DNA of 64,000 nucleotides from an uncultured delta proteobacterium. Its GTDB lineage: Bacteria > Desulfobacterota > Desulfobacteria > Desulfobacterales > Desulfosalsimonadaceae. The first letter of the stretch is position 1. Every line of letters begins with the position of its first letter. The stretch covers positions 64,001 through 128,000 of the forward strand of contig CAWGYD010000006.1 of assembly GCA_963826785.1 (NCBI GenBank), given 5' to 3'. Below are positions 30,361 to 39,603 of this stretch, one piece after another. A model generated the notes under the pieces. That model was not told where the DNA came from. It searched no databases and saw nothing but the letters and a program-made list of their open reading frames with translations. The translations under genes were made by a program, and so were the position numbers.

Positions 30361-32805
30361 TTAATTGACAACGGCCTTTCTGCTGCCCTTCCGGACCAGG
30401 CGGATGGTCTCCTTGATCTCCTGGGGGGAAACGCCTTTTCTCAATGTTTCCATCTTTTCCATCACCCTGGCAAACACGATGCCCTCGGCCGCGCTGATCC
30501 ATTCCAGCTGGAGCCGCTCGGTGCGGATGCCCAGCTTCTCCATTTTTTTATGAATCTTCTCGATCCGCTTTTCGGTCCAGTGGTTGGCATTGATGTAGTG
30601 GCAGTCGCCGATGTGGCAGCCGCTCACCAGGATCACCGGGGCGCCCTTGGCAAATCCGTGCCAGATGTACTTCTCGTCCACCCGGCCGGAGCACATGGTG
30701 CGGATGATCCGGGCGTTGGCCGGGTACTGGAGCCGGGAAACCCCGGCGTAATCGGCCCCCGCATAGGAGCACCAGTTGCAGGCGAAGGTCAGCACCTTGT
30801 CTTCGGGGTTTTCGGCCAGCATGGCATCGATCTGGTCCGTGATCTGCTCGTCGGTGTAGTGGTTCATGATGATCGCGCCAAACGCGCATTCGGCCGCGCA
30901 GGTGCCGCACCCGGCGCAGGCCGCCGAATTGATCACCGCGGGCGTCTTCTTTTTCACATCCACGGTGATGGCATTGTAGGGGCACACATCCGCGCACTTG
31001 CCGCACGACTTGCACTGTTCCGCCACCACCTCGGAGGTGATGGCCTCGGTGGTGATCTTCCCCTGGTGCATCAGCCGGATGGCCCGGGCCGCGGCGGCCG
31101 AGGCCTGGGTGACCGACTCCTTTATGTCCTTGGGGCCTTCCGCGCATCCCGCATAGAAGACCCCCCGGGTGGCCGCGTCCACGGGCTGCAGTTTGGGATG
31201 GGCTTCCAGGAAAAAACCGTCCGGGGTCAGCTGCAGCCCCAGGATTTCCTGGAGCCGGCGGGTGCCCGAAGACGGCTGCATGCCCAGGGCCAGCACCAGC
31301 ATGTCCAGATCATGAAACTCGATTTTGCCCGTGGCCGTGTTTTCCACCGCCACCCGCAAACTGCGGTCGGCGGTCTCCTCCACGGTTCCGGGAAGGCCCC
31401 GCACGTACTGCACGCCCTGGCGGCGGCTCCGGGTGTAGAGGTCTTCAAAGCCTTTGCCGAAAGCGCGGATATCGATATAAAACACCTTAATGTCGATCCC
31501 GGGATAATGTTCCTTGAGCACAAGCGTACTCTTGACGGTGTTCATGCAGCAGGTATTGGAGCAGTACTCCTTGCCCTTGCGGGCGGAGCGGGATCCGACG
31601 CACTGGATGAACCCCACCGATTTGGGATGCCTTCGATCCGTGGGGCGGATGAGTTCCCCCTGGGTGGGCCCGCCGGCATTGACCAGCCGCTCGAATTCCA
31701 GGCTGGTCAGCACGTTTTCAAAACGGGTATAGCCGTATTCGTCAAGTTCCGTGGGATCGTAGGGGGAAAGCCCCGTGGCCACGATGATGGACCCCACGCT
31801 CTCCACGATCTCCTCGTCGGACATGCTGAAGTTGATGCAATTTTTGTCGCAGGCCTCCATGCACTTGGCGCACACGGTGGGGTTGTGCCCCAGACATTCG
31901 TTGACATTGACCACATAGGCGGAGGGGACCGCCTGGGGAAAGGGCGAATAAATCGCCCGCCGGGAGGACATCCCCATGTTGAACTCGTCGGGGCGCACCA
32001 CCGGGCAGACCTTGGCGCATTCGCCGCAGGCGGTGCATTCCTTTTCCTCCACGTACCGGGCTTTCTTGAGGATCTTTACATCAAAATTGCCCACATATCC
32101 CCTGATATCCACCACCTCACTCATGGTGAGGAGTTTGATCCGTGGATGCCGACCGGCATCCGTCATTTTCGGACCCAGGATTCAGATGGAGCAGTCCATG
32201 GTGGGAAAGGTCTTGTCCAATTGGGCCATGACCCCGCCGATGGAGGGTTTTTTTTCCACCAGCACCACTTCGTAGCCGTTGTCTGCCAGGTCGAGTGCCG
32301 CCTGGATGCCGGCAACCCCGCCCCCGATGACCAGGGTGCGCTTGGTGAGCGGCAGGGTTTCCTCGAACAGCGGGAACAGGCGATGGACCCGGGAAACAGA
32401 CATGCGGACCAGGTCTTCGGCTTTTTTCGTGGCCGCATCCGGCTCCTTCAGGTGCACCCAGCTGCACTGCTCCCGCAGATTGGCCATCTCCAGCAGGTAG
32501 GGGTTTAAGCCCGCGGACAGCATCATCTGCCGGAAAGTGGGCTCATGCAGGCGCGGCGAACAGGAGGCCACCACGATCCGGTCGAGGCCGTTTTCGAAGA
32601 TGTCGTTCTTGATCTCCTGCTGCCCCGGCTCGGAACAGGCATAGGCGATGTCCTTGGACACCACCACCCCGTCCAGGGCCGCGGCGGTTTCGGCCACTTT
32701 TTTGCAGTCCACCGTCTGGGCGATATTCAACCCGCAGTGGCAGACATACACGCCGATCCGGGCCGGCGGGGCGCTCTGCGTGTTGGGTAGAATCGATTCC
32801 ATCAT
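30361..32805 (-). CDS. hdrA: Heterodisulfide reductase subunit A-MvhD fusion, selenoprotein (UGA at 32182-32184 read as Sec), ~814 aa
   Basis: ORFs 32182-32805 and 30361-32166 are in frame: ...KTFPTMDCSI-TGA-ILGPKMTDAGRHP. GVYVCHCG, CSPRLHE, GGGVAG, QCVGSR..CSNTCC, two ferredoxin inserts, C-terminal MvhD FACNWCSY...MCSGRV...GCHIGDCHY. Confidence 0.93.
32144..32184 (-). promoter_or_regulatory. Bacterial SECIS element of hdrA
   Basis: mRNA reads UGA, 20 nt, then GGAUGCC-GGUC-GGCAUCC: a perfect 7-bp stem with a G-initiated tetraloop. Confidence 0.85.
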
Positions 32806-32873
32806 GGTTCCCTTTTCTTGATTACTGTTTTATGATGATTCGCAAAAGGTCCAATATCTGCCGTTTTTTCTCA

Positions 32874-32903
32874 TTGGACGCTCGATGTTCGGTGTTCGAC
32901 GTT
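32874..32903. repeat. Four degenerate heptamer tandem repeats (consensus TTCGAYG)
   Basis: TTGGACG CTCGATG TTCGGTG TTCGACG TT in the spacer between the hdrD-like gene and hdrA. Confidence 0.55.
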
Positions 32904-32917
32904 AATTCTTCATCTCT

Positions 32918-34492
32918 CTATGCCCAATAGATCGTTCTTGCGATCATGCTCACCAGGTCCATGGTCTCGATTTGGAGCTCCGGCCCGAAGAACGGATCCT
33001 CCATGGCGCATTTCAAATGGATCTGGCACTTGGGGCACGAAGTGATCATCAGGTCGCTTCCGGTGGCGCGGGCCTGTTTCAGGCGGCTGACCTGCAGCGC
33101 CTTGCTGTAGGCGTCGCACCCGGTCCAGCCGGTGTTGCCGCAGCAGATGGCCGCCCCGCTCCGGTCCTGCATTTCGGTAAAACCTTCCGGTTTCAGCCGA
33201 TTGATCAGGCCGCGGGAAAGATCCGGCCGATTCTCGAACCGGCTTAAGCGGCAGGAATCCTGGTAGGTCACCCGGCGTGCGTCCTCCTTGAAGGCCACGG
33301 CCCCTTTTCCGATCTCCATTTCCAGAAAATCATAGATGTGGGTGACCGTAAACGGCATATCCACCCCGGCGGCCGGATAATCCCGGGAAAGGGTATAATG
33401 GCATTCCGGGCAGGCCGTGATCACCTGCTCGATACCATGGTCCGCCAGCAGCTGCGCGTTGAGCGCCGCCAGCTTGATGAAGTTGTCCCGGTCCCCCGTC
33501 CACAGCAGATCGTGGCCGCAGCAGCGCTCCTGGTCCAGGACGGCCGGGAACACATCGAAAAAGTTGAGCAGCCGCAGACTGTCATGGAGGATATTCAAGG
33601 TCTTCACACCCAGCGTGCTGCTGAAATACGTATCATAGTAGGGCGCGCACCCGCCGAAAAACAGAATGCGGCTATCCGGGTCCGTACGGATATCCCCGGG
33701 CAGGTGATTGTATCGCTTAAGCTCCAGGCCGGGTTCGGTCATGGTCCGCATCAGGGAATGGAAGAAGCCCCCGTGGGACTGGTGGCCCTTCTCGCCGGTG
33801 GACTGGAGATAATGACGGATATCGCGCACAAATTCGGGGAAATTGACGGCCGAGGGACACCGGTCGTAGCAGAGACCGCAGGTGAGGCAGGCCCATATTC
33901 CATCCTGAACAGCCGGTGAATCGACCTTCCCGGCGATGATGGCATTGGCCAGGGCGCGCGGGGAGAACGGTTTTCCCGCCAGGGCCAGGGGGCAGGCGGA
34001 CGAGCATTTCCCGCAGTCCTGGCAGGCGTAGACATCATGCGCGGAAACAATGTCGGTGATCGGCCGTGGGCTTGTTTGTCCGTTTCTCGCCAGGGTTACC
34101 GGGCTGTGCCCCAGGCTGCGGATCTGTTCGCAGAAATTCTTCAAAAACTGCAGCAGGTCATCGGCCTCCTCCGGCAGAAAGGTAGCCAGCTGAAGACGCT
34201 GGTTGCTCAGACCCAGCAGCTCCAATATATCCCGGGTATCGTCCGTGTTGATCCGGGCCGTTTCCGTACCGCTGCCGTATCGGCAGGTTCCCGGTTTGCA
34301 CCCCACCAGCACGACGCCGTCCGCCCCCATTTCAAACGGTTTGAACAGCATGGATTTGCTGATCCGCCCGGTACAGGGGATCCGGATCATCCGGATTTCG
34401 GCGGGAATATCGGCACAGCGGTCCTGAAGCGTCTGAAACGCCGCATGGGGCCCCCAGTTGCAGAGATATAAGACGATGTTGTATTGATTCAT
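32918..34492 (-). CDS. MvhD-HdrD fusion (2Fe-2S module, 4Fe-4S dicluster, two CCG domains)
   Basis: N-terminal LCNW..IPCTGRI..GADGV..GCKPGTCRY; CQDCGKCSSACP and CLTCGLCYDRCP; CCG1 GC..ERCCG..ACPEC; CCG2 DSC..ICCG..SCPKC. Confidence 0.9.
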   Translation of the reverse strand: MNQYNIVLYLCNWGPHAAFQTLQDRCADIPAEIRMIRIPCTGRISKSMLFKPFEMGADGVVLVGCKPGTCRYGSGTETARINTDDTRDILELLGLSNQRLQLATFLPEEADDLLQFLKNFCEQIRSLGHSPVTLARNGQTSPRPITDIVSAHDVYACQDCGKCSSACPLALAGKPFSPRALANAIIAGKVDSPAVQDGIWACLTCGLCYDRCPSAVNFPEFVRDIRHYLQSTGEKGHQSHGGFFHSLMRTMTEPGLELKRYNHLPGDIRTDPDSRILFFGGCAPYYDTYFSSTLGVKTLNILHDSLRLLNFFDVFPAVLDQERCCGHDLLWTGDRDNFIKLAALNAQLLADHGIEQVITACPECHYTLSRDYPAAGVDMPFTVTHIYDFLEMEIGKGAVAFKEDARRVTYQDSCRLSRFENRPDLSRGLINRLKPEGFTEMQDRSGAAICCGNTGWTGCDAYSKALQVSRLKQARATGSDLMITSCPKCQIHLKCAMEDPFFGPELQIETMDLVSMIARTIYWA

Positions 34493-34541
34493 ATTGTAAT
34501 CTCTTCGACTCGTGTAATCAAAATGGATTCACTATACATAT

Positions 34542-37500
34542 CTACGATTCGATCAATCCTGAATCCGAGGGCGCCTTCGGACATGCCCCCTCCCCTTTCA
34601 CCCCGGAAAGCAGTTCCGCCAGGGTCTGTTCCAGCACGGCCTGGTTGCGGTAGGGGCTTTCGGCTGCGCCGGACGGGCATACGGAGATGCAGTTGCCGCA
34701 TCCCTTGCAGAGGGCTTCGTCCACTGCGGCATACCAGCCATTGATGTCATTTGCCTTAAAGGAAACCGCATGGTACGGGCAGACCCGCATGCAGCGGCCG
34801 CACCCCCGGCATATATCCGGATCCACGACCACGGTGTATCCCTTGTTCTGGCGGGGCCCGCGGGGCATGACGGCGGCGGCCTGGATGGCGGCGGCATATC
34901 CTTTTTTCCGTTTTGAGATGGCGATGTTCGGCGGATCGGCCAGAAACAGGCCGGGAATGGCCGTCGCCCCCGGATAGAAAAACGGGATGCCGGTCACCCC
35001 CGCGGTCTGTTCGCGGGTGGTCACGGTAATGGCCGGCAGGCCTTTTTGATGAATGTACTCGATGGTCTTTCTCGATTTTTCCCCCAGGATCACCGCCCCC
35101 ACCTGCAGGGTTTGATGGAAGCCGCCCGACTCGAACATGATTTCAAACTCGCCGATGGTGCCGCTGATGCTTTTCACCCGGGCGCCGGCAAAATGGTGGA
35201 TGTTGGGATGGGGAGCAACCCGATCGTCTGCCGAAAACAGGAATACATCCAGCCCCGCATCCGCCAGGGCCTGCCCGCTGGTCCGGGCCGATTCGGAATC
35301 CCCGATGACCGCGGTGGCGAAGTTGTAGTTGCGGGCCAGCGCGGGAAGGGCCTTCAATCGCCGGGCCCGGACCATGGACCGGTCGATCAGGCCGGTGAAT
35401 TTTTTCAGCGCCGCCTGCGGGTCCGATCCCACCAGACGAAGGACCTCCCCCCGCAGGTTGCAGGTTTCCACCATGGACCGGCTCACCCCGGTGGCCGTGA
35501 ACAGGGCCTGCTTGAGCCGGCTTTTCTGGTCCGTGCAGGAGTTGCAGACGTAATTCAGGGGGCAGCAGACGCAGGACGCCAGCACCACCCGGGTAATCCC
35601 CTTGTTTCGGATGGCACGGAGAATGAGCGATGCGCCTTCGGCCGTGCACGCGGCGGTGATGGTTTGCACGTGCACCACATCCGGCCGGTGTCCCATGGAT
35701 TCGATGTAGTCGTCCATTTCGGGCATCCAGCCCATGGAATCGTTGCACCGGCAGGCGAATACGCCCAGGCGGATGACCGGTGAAAGTCCCTGGTCCGGCA
35801 TGAGAAACGACAGGCCGTGCCCCTTGGTCCGGTTGGACTTGCGCCGGTCGAGCATCAGCAGGGCCCGGGCCGCGGCATCGAATCCTCGCACGAACATGGC
35901 CGAAACATCGGTGTCATCGGCTTTGCGGCCGTAGGCCCGGATGACGTCCTCCCCCTTGATGGAGGAAGCCACGGCGGGATCGGCGATAATGATGATGCCG
36001 GCATGCTCGATGCTTTCCGCTTGCCTGTCGGCATGGTTGACGGCGCCGATGGCGGCGCAGGCCGTCTCGCATTCCAGACATTCCGAGCAGACGCCGCACT
36101 GGAGGCACCGGCCGGATTCGGCTGCTGCCTGGTCTGCGGAAAAACCGGAAGCCACCTCGGCAAATCCCGTTCTTCGCTCCTCCAGGGCACACTCCGGCAT
36201 ATTGGTGCGGCCGCAGCGGGCAAGATCGGCCGGTATGTCTGCAAAATTTCTGGACTGCGGCCGAACGGGCGATCGGTCGGCAAAAATGTCGTCACCGGCA
36301 TTCAACGCCTTCTTGCAAAGATCCCGGTGCACCGACCGGGCCGCCGCCTTTCCCGAGGCCATGGCGTCCACCACCGATCTGGGGCCGGACACCGCATCAC
36401 CCGCCGCATACACGCCGGAAATGGCGGCATGCAGGTACTCGTCCGTGCCGATGGTCCCCTTGGGGGTGACGTCAAAAGGAAGCGCGGCCTCACGCCCGGA
36501 AAATTCTCCCTGCTGGCCGATGGCCACGAAGGCATGGTCGAAGGCCAGTTCAAAAGGTTTTTCGCCGGGCACCGACACGGGCCAGGCGATCCCGTTTTCA
36601 TCTTCAGGACCGGGTTGGGTGGGCATGCAGCGAAGCGCCTGCAAACGGCCGTTGGAGGACATGAATTCGATTACCCGGGTGCGATCGATGATGCGGATGC
36701 CTTCCGCCCGGGCCGCCTCCACCTCCAGGGCGTCGGCCGGGATCATCGATTCCGGAAACCAGGACACCAGGGTGACCTCCGCGCCGATGCGAGACAGGGT
36801 GCGGGCGAGATCGAAGGCCGCGTTCCCGTCCCCGATGACCGCCGCCTTTCCATCCAGGGTCTTTTTTTCATCCCGGAAAAATTCACACAGAAACGACAGG
36901 CACCCGTGCACCCCTTCGGCATTCTCGCCGGGAACGCCGAGCTTCCGGTCCTTCCAGGTGCCGGTGGAGACGATGACGGCGTCAAATTCAGTTTTCAGCG
37001 TTTCCAGGCCGCTGGAAAGATCCACCGGATGGCCGGTCGTAAATGTCACCCCGAGATTTTCGATGTATTGAAGTTCCCGGTCCAGGATATCCCGGGGGAG
37101 CCGGTGGGGGCCGATGCCGTAGCGGAGCAGTCCGCCGGCTTCCTTCTCCTTTTCAAAGACGGTCACCGGATAACCGTACCGCGCCAGTTGCGCTGCTGCG
37201 GCCAGACCGGAGGGGCCGGAGCCGACCACGGCAATTTTTTCCTCTTTTGGGGGCGTCTTTAGCGGTGCGGGGAAAGGTTGCCCCGCCTCATGGTCCGCCA
37301 CGAACCGCTTGATGTCCCGGATAGCCACGGGTGCATCCACCTCGCCCCGCCGGCAGGCGGCTTCGCAGGGATGGGTGCAGATGCGGCCGCAGATGGAGGG
37401 GAGCACATTTTCCCTCCGGATCAGCTCCAGTGCCTGGGCATAGCGACCGGCCCGGGTCAGGGCGACGTAGCCCTGGGCATTGACCCCCAACGGACAGTTT

Positions 37501-37967
37501 TCCTGGCACAGGGGACGCTGTCGCTTGTCGATCATGACGCGGCCGGGCAGGCTCTGGCGGCCGTTGAATTTTACCGCCTTTTCCCCCTGCCCGGTTTCCA
37601 CCGGGCAGACGTCGGCACACTTGCCGCACAGAATACATTTCTCCGGATCCACGTACGAGGCGGCCGCCTTCAGGCTGACCCGAAAACCCTGGGGGCTGTG
37701 CTTGATGGAATTGATTTCGGCAGGCAGAATATACTTGATGCCCGGATTGCGCAGAATCCGGATCAGGCCGGGGCGGTGCGCGTAATTGAATGCAAGCCCG
37801 GACTGCAGCCGCCATCCGTTTCGGGAAAGCTTCTGGTCCAGATCGGCATCGGCATCCACCAGGGTCACGGGAATACCCAGTTCCCCCAGTTTGTTGGTGG
37901 CGGCGATTCCCGCCGGGGTGGCACCGATGACCATCACCCGGTGCAAACGATCTTTCAGGTGTTTCAT
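34542..37967 (-). CDS. HdrL-like multidomain flavoprotein: degenerate HdrA modules with a GltD/NfnB-like NAD(P)H oxidoreductase insert
   Basis: CILCGKCADVCP; CQENCP..CGRICTHPCEAACRR; GSGPSG, GGLLRYGI, GDGNAA, YAAGD; RCLQCGVCSEC; GVFACRC..NLR; C-terminal 2x[4Fe-4S]. Its start overlaps the korC stop (ATGA). Confidence 0.85.
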   Translation of the reverse strand: MKHLKDRLHRVMVIGATPAGIAATNKLGELGIPVTLVDADADLDQKLSRNGWRLQSGLAFNYAHRPGLIRILRNPGIKYILPAEINSIKHSPQGFRVSLKAAASYVDPEKCILCGKCADVCPVETGQGEKAVKFNGRQSLPGRVMIDKRQRPLCQENCPLGVNAQGYVALTRAGRYAQALELIRRENVLPSICGRICTHPCEAACRRGEVDAPVAIRDIKRFVADHEAGQPFPAPLKTPPKEEKIAVVGSGPSGLAAAAQLARYGYPVTVFEKEKEAGGLLRYGIGPHRLPRDILDRELQYIENLGVTFTTGHPVDLSSGLETLKTEFDAVIVSTGTWKDRKLGVPGENAEGVHGCLSFLCEFFRDEKKTLDGKAAVIGDGNAAFDLARTLSRIGAEVTLVSWFPESMIPADALEVEAARAEGIRIIDRTRVIEFMSSNGRLQALRCMPTQPGPEDENGIAWPVSVPGEKPFELAFDHAFVAIGQQGEFSGREAALPFDVTPKGTIGTDEYLHAAISGVYAAGDAVSGPRSVVDAMASGKAAARSVHRDLCKKALNAGDDIFADRSPVRPQSRNFADIPADLARCGRTNMPECALEERRTGFAEVASGFSADQAAAESGRCLQCGVCSECLECETACAAIGAVNHADRQAESIEHAGIIIIADPAVASSIKGEDVIRAYGRKADDTDVSAMFVRGFDAAARALLMLDRRKSNRTKGHGLSFLMPDQGLSPVIRLGVFACRCNDSMGWMPEMDDYIESMGHRPDVVHVQTITAACTAEGASLILRAIRNKGITRVVLASCVCCPLNYVCNSCTDQKSRLKQALFTATGVSRSMVETCNLRGEVLRLVGSDPQAALKKFTGLIDRSMVRARRLKALPALARNYNFATAVIGDSESARTSGQALADAGLDVFLFSADDRVAPHPNIHHFAGARVKSISGTIGEFEIMFESGGFHQTLQVGAVILGEKSRKTIEYIHQKGLPAITVTTREQTAGVTGIPFFYPGATAIPGLFLADPPNIAISKRKKGYAAAIQAAAVMPRGPRQNKGYTVVVDPDICRGCGRCMRVCPYHAVSFKANDINGWYAAVDEALCKGCGNCISVCPSGAAESPYRNQAVLEQTLAELLSGVKGEGACPKAPSDSGLIES

Positions 37968-38566
37968 GCAATGGCTCCTGTTTTTCCTGCGGCTTTTTTC
38001 TCCCGCCCCTTGAGCTGCGCCAGGCCGAAATCATATCCTTTGGTGAAGGCCTGGGTGTTTTTCTCCTCGGTTCCCTTGGGCACGGATTTGACCACCGTTT
38101 CCCGGGCGGCCTCCAGGGAGATCTGCCGGGTGATGGCCGTGAAAAATCCGATCATGATGATGTTGGCCATCATTTTCCGGCCAAGCTCTTCGGCCAGGCG
38201 GGTGGCGGGAATGGCGAAGGTGTCGTTCCTGACTTTACCCGGCGACACCAGGTCCTGGTCGATCAGCAAAAGGCTTTCGGGCTTGATCTGTCCGATGTAT
38301 TTTTCGAACCCGGACTGGGACATGCAGACCAGGATGTCGGGCCGCATGATATACGGATAGTGGATGATCGCATCGGAGATGACGACCTGGGCGCTGCAGG
38401 CCCCGCCCCGGGACTCGGGTCCGTAGGACTGCACCAGTGTGCTTTCCCGGTGATCCCCGATGGCCGCCGCCTCTCCCAGAATTTTTCCGGCCAGAACGAT
38501 CCCCTGGCCCCCGAACCCGGTGATGATCACCTCGGTCTTGTTTACGGTTGTCTGAATATCCGGCAT
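37964..38566 (-). CDS. korC: 2-oxoacid:ferredoxin oxidoreductase gamma subunit (substrate unknown)
   Basis: GFGGQG, QSYGPESRGG, NIIMIG. Confidence 0.88.
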   Translation of the reverse strand: MPDIQTTVNKTEVIITGFGGQGIVLAGKILGEAAAIGDHRESTLVQSYGPESRGGACSAQVVISDAIIHYPYIMRPDILVCMSQSGFEKYIGQIKPESLLLIDQDLVSPGKVRNDTFAIPATRLAEELGRKMMANIIMIGFFTAITRQISLEAARETVVKSVPKGTEEKNTQAFTKGYDFGLAQLKGREKKAAGKTGAIA

Positions 38567-38621
38567 GAGTTCAACCTGTTTTGTCGTCTTCAGTTTAGTC
38601 GTTTATCTGCCTGAACTGCCA

Positions 38622-38740
38622 ACATCCCCCTTTAATTCCCCCATCAAGGGGGATTGGTTCAGATCCTTTTCCTCCAAATTTCAACTTCAGAGGGACTGAG
38701 GGATCTTTAATCCCCCCTTGAGGGGGGCGAAGGGGGGTGT
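38622..38740. repeat. Inverted pair of REP-like elements (REPIN-like) between korB and korC
   Basis: ACATCCCCCTTTAATTCCCCCATCAAGGGGGATT (38622-38655) resembles the reverse complement of 38709-38740 (ACACCCCCCTTCGCCCCCCTCAAGGGGGGATT). Confidence 0.7.
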
Positions 38741-38753
38741 CTCCCGCCTCCTT

Positions 38754-39602
38754 CTACACCAGCCGGCAGGTCTTGTCGTAATTTTCGATGCATGTGGGCC
38801 GCTGGGTGTCAACGAACTTGCCCAGGATGATGCCCTTTTTGAAATCGATCTCCGAATCCGCCGGGTGGGCATTGTTCTTGATGATGCTTTTGTCCTGGTA
38901 GAGCTTCAGGGTATCGATGGATTTCTCCTTGTTGCGCCGGCCGTAGTTGATGGGGCAGGGGGAAAGCACCTCGATGAAGGAAAACCCCTTTTTCCCCAGC
39001 GCCTCCTGGATGGACAGGGTCAGGTCCCGGGCGTGCAGGATGGTCCACCGGGCCACGTAGGTGGCGCCGGAGGCATAGGCCATCAGCGGCAGGTTGAAGG
39101 GGGCTTCCGGGTTTCCCGTCGGCGTGGTGGTGGTCTTTGCTTTAAACGGCGTGGTGGCCGCGGCCTGTCCGCCGGTCATGCCGTAGTTCAGGTTGTTTAC
39201 GCAGATCACCGTCAGGTCCATGTTCCGGCGGGCCGCGTGGATGAAATGATTGCCGCCGATGGCGAACAGGTCGCCGTCGCCGGAAAACACGATGACGTTG
39301 AGTTCCGGGTTGGCCAGCTTCAGCCCGGTGGCGAAGGGTATGGCCCGGCCGTGAGTCGTATGGAATGAATCCAGGTTGATATACCCGGCGGCGCGGCCCG
39401 AGCAGCCGATCCCCGATACCATGGCCACCTTGTCCAGATCCACGATGGTGCTCTTGATGGCGGTGAGGCAGGCGGAAAATGCCGTTCCGGTTCCGCAGCC
39501 CGGGCACCAGATATGGGGAATGCGGTCCGTGCGCAGCAGATCATCCAGCGGATGATGATTGTCCGGCAGCATGTCAGCCGCTTTTTTGGGTTTTCCGGTC
39601 AT
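38754..39602 (-). CDS. korB: 2-oxoacid:ferredoxin oxidoreductase beta (TPP-binding) subunit
   Basis: WCPGCG, SGIGCS, HTTHGR, GDGD...NN, YGMTGGQ, SPCP. Confidence 0.92.
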   Translation of the reverse strand: MTGKPKKAADMLPDNHHPLDDLLRTDRIPHIWCPGCGTGTAFSACLTAIKSTIVDLDKVAMVSGIGCSGRAAGYINLDSFHTTHGRAIPFATGLKLANPELNVIVFSGDGDLFAIGGNHFIHAARRNMDLTVICVNNLNYGMTGGQAAATTPFKAKTTTTPTGNPEAPFNLPLMAYASGATYVARWTILHARDLTLSIQEALGKKGFSFIEVLSPCPINYGRRNKEKSIDTLKLYQDKSIIKNNAHPADSEIDFKKGIILGKFVDTQRPTCIENYDKTCRLV

Positions 39603-39603
39603 G

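Noticed and set aside
32163..32438. Alternative-frame ORF across the hdrA break, suggesting a frameshift
   Set aside because: The two hdrA halves are already in frame; the UGA plus SECIS explains the break.
30550..32508. 652-aa plus-strand ORF, and similar long ORFs at 13711-15405, 35817-37262, 10712-11833 and 59895-60959
   Set aside because: These are antisense shadows of well-supported genes, expected with GC-rich codon usage, and carry no motifs.
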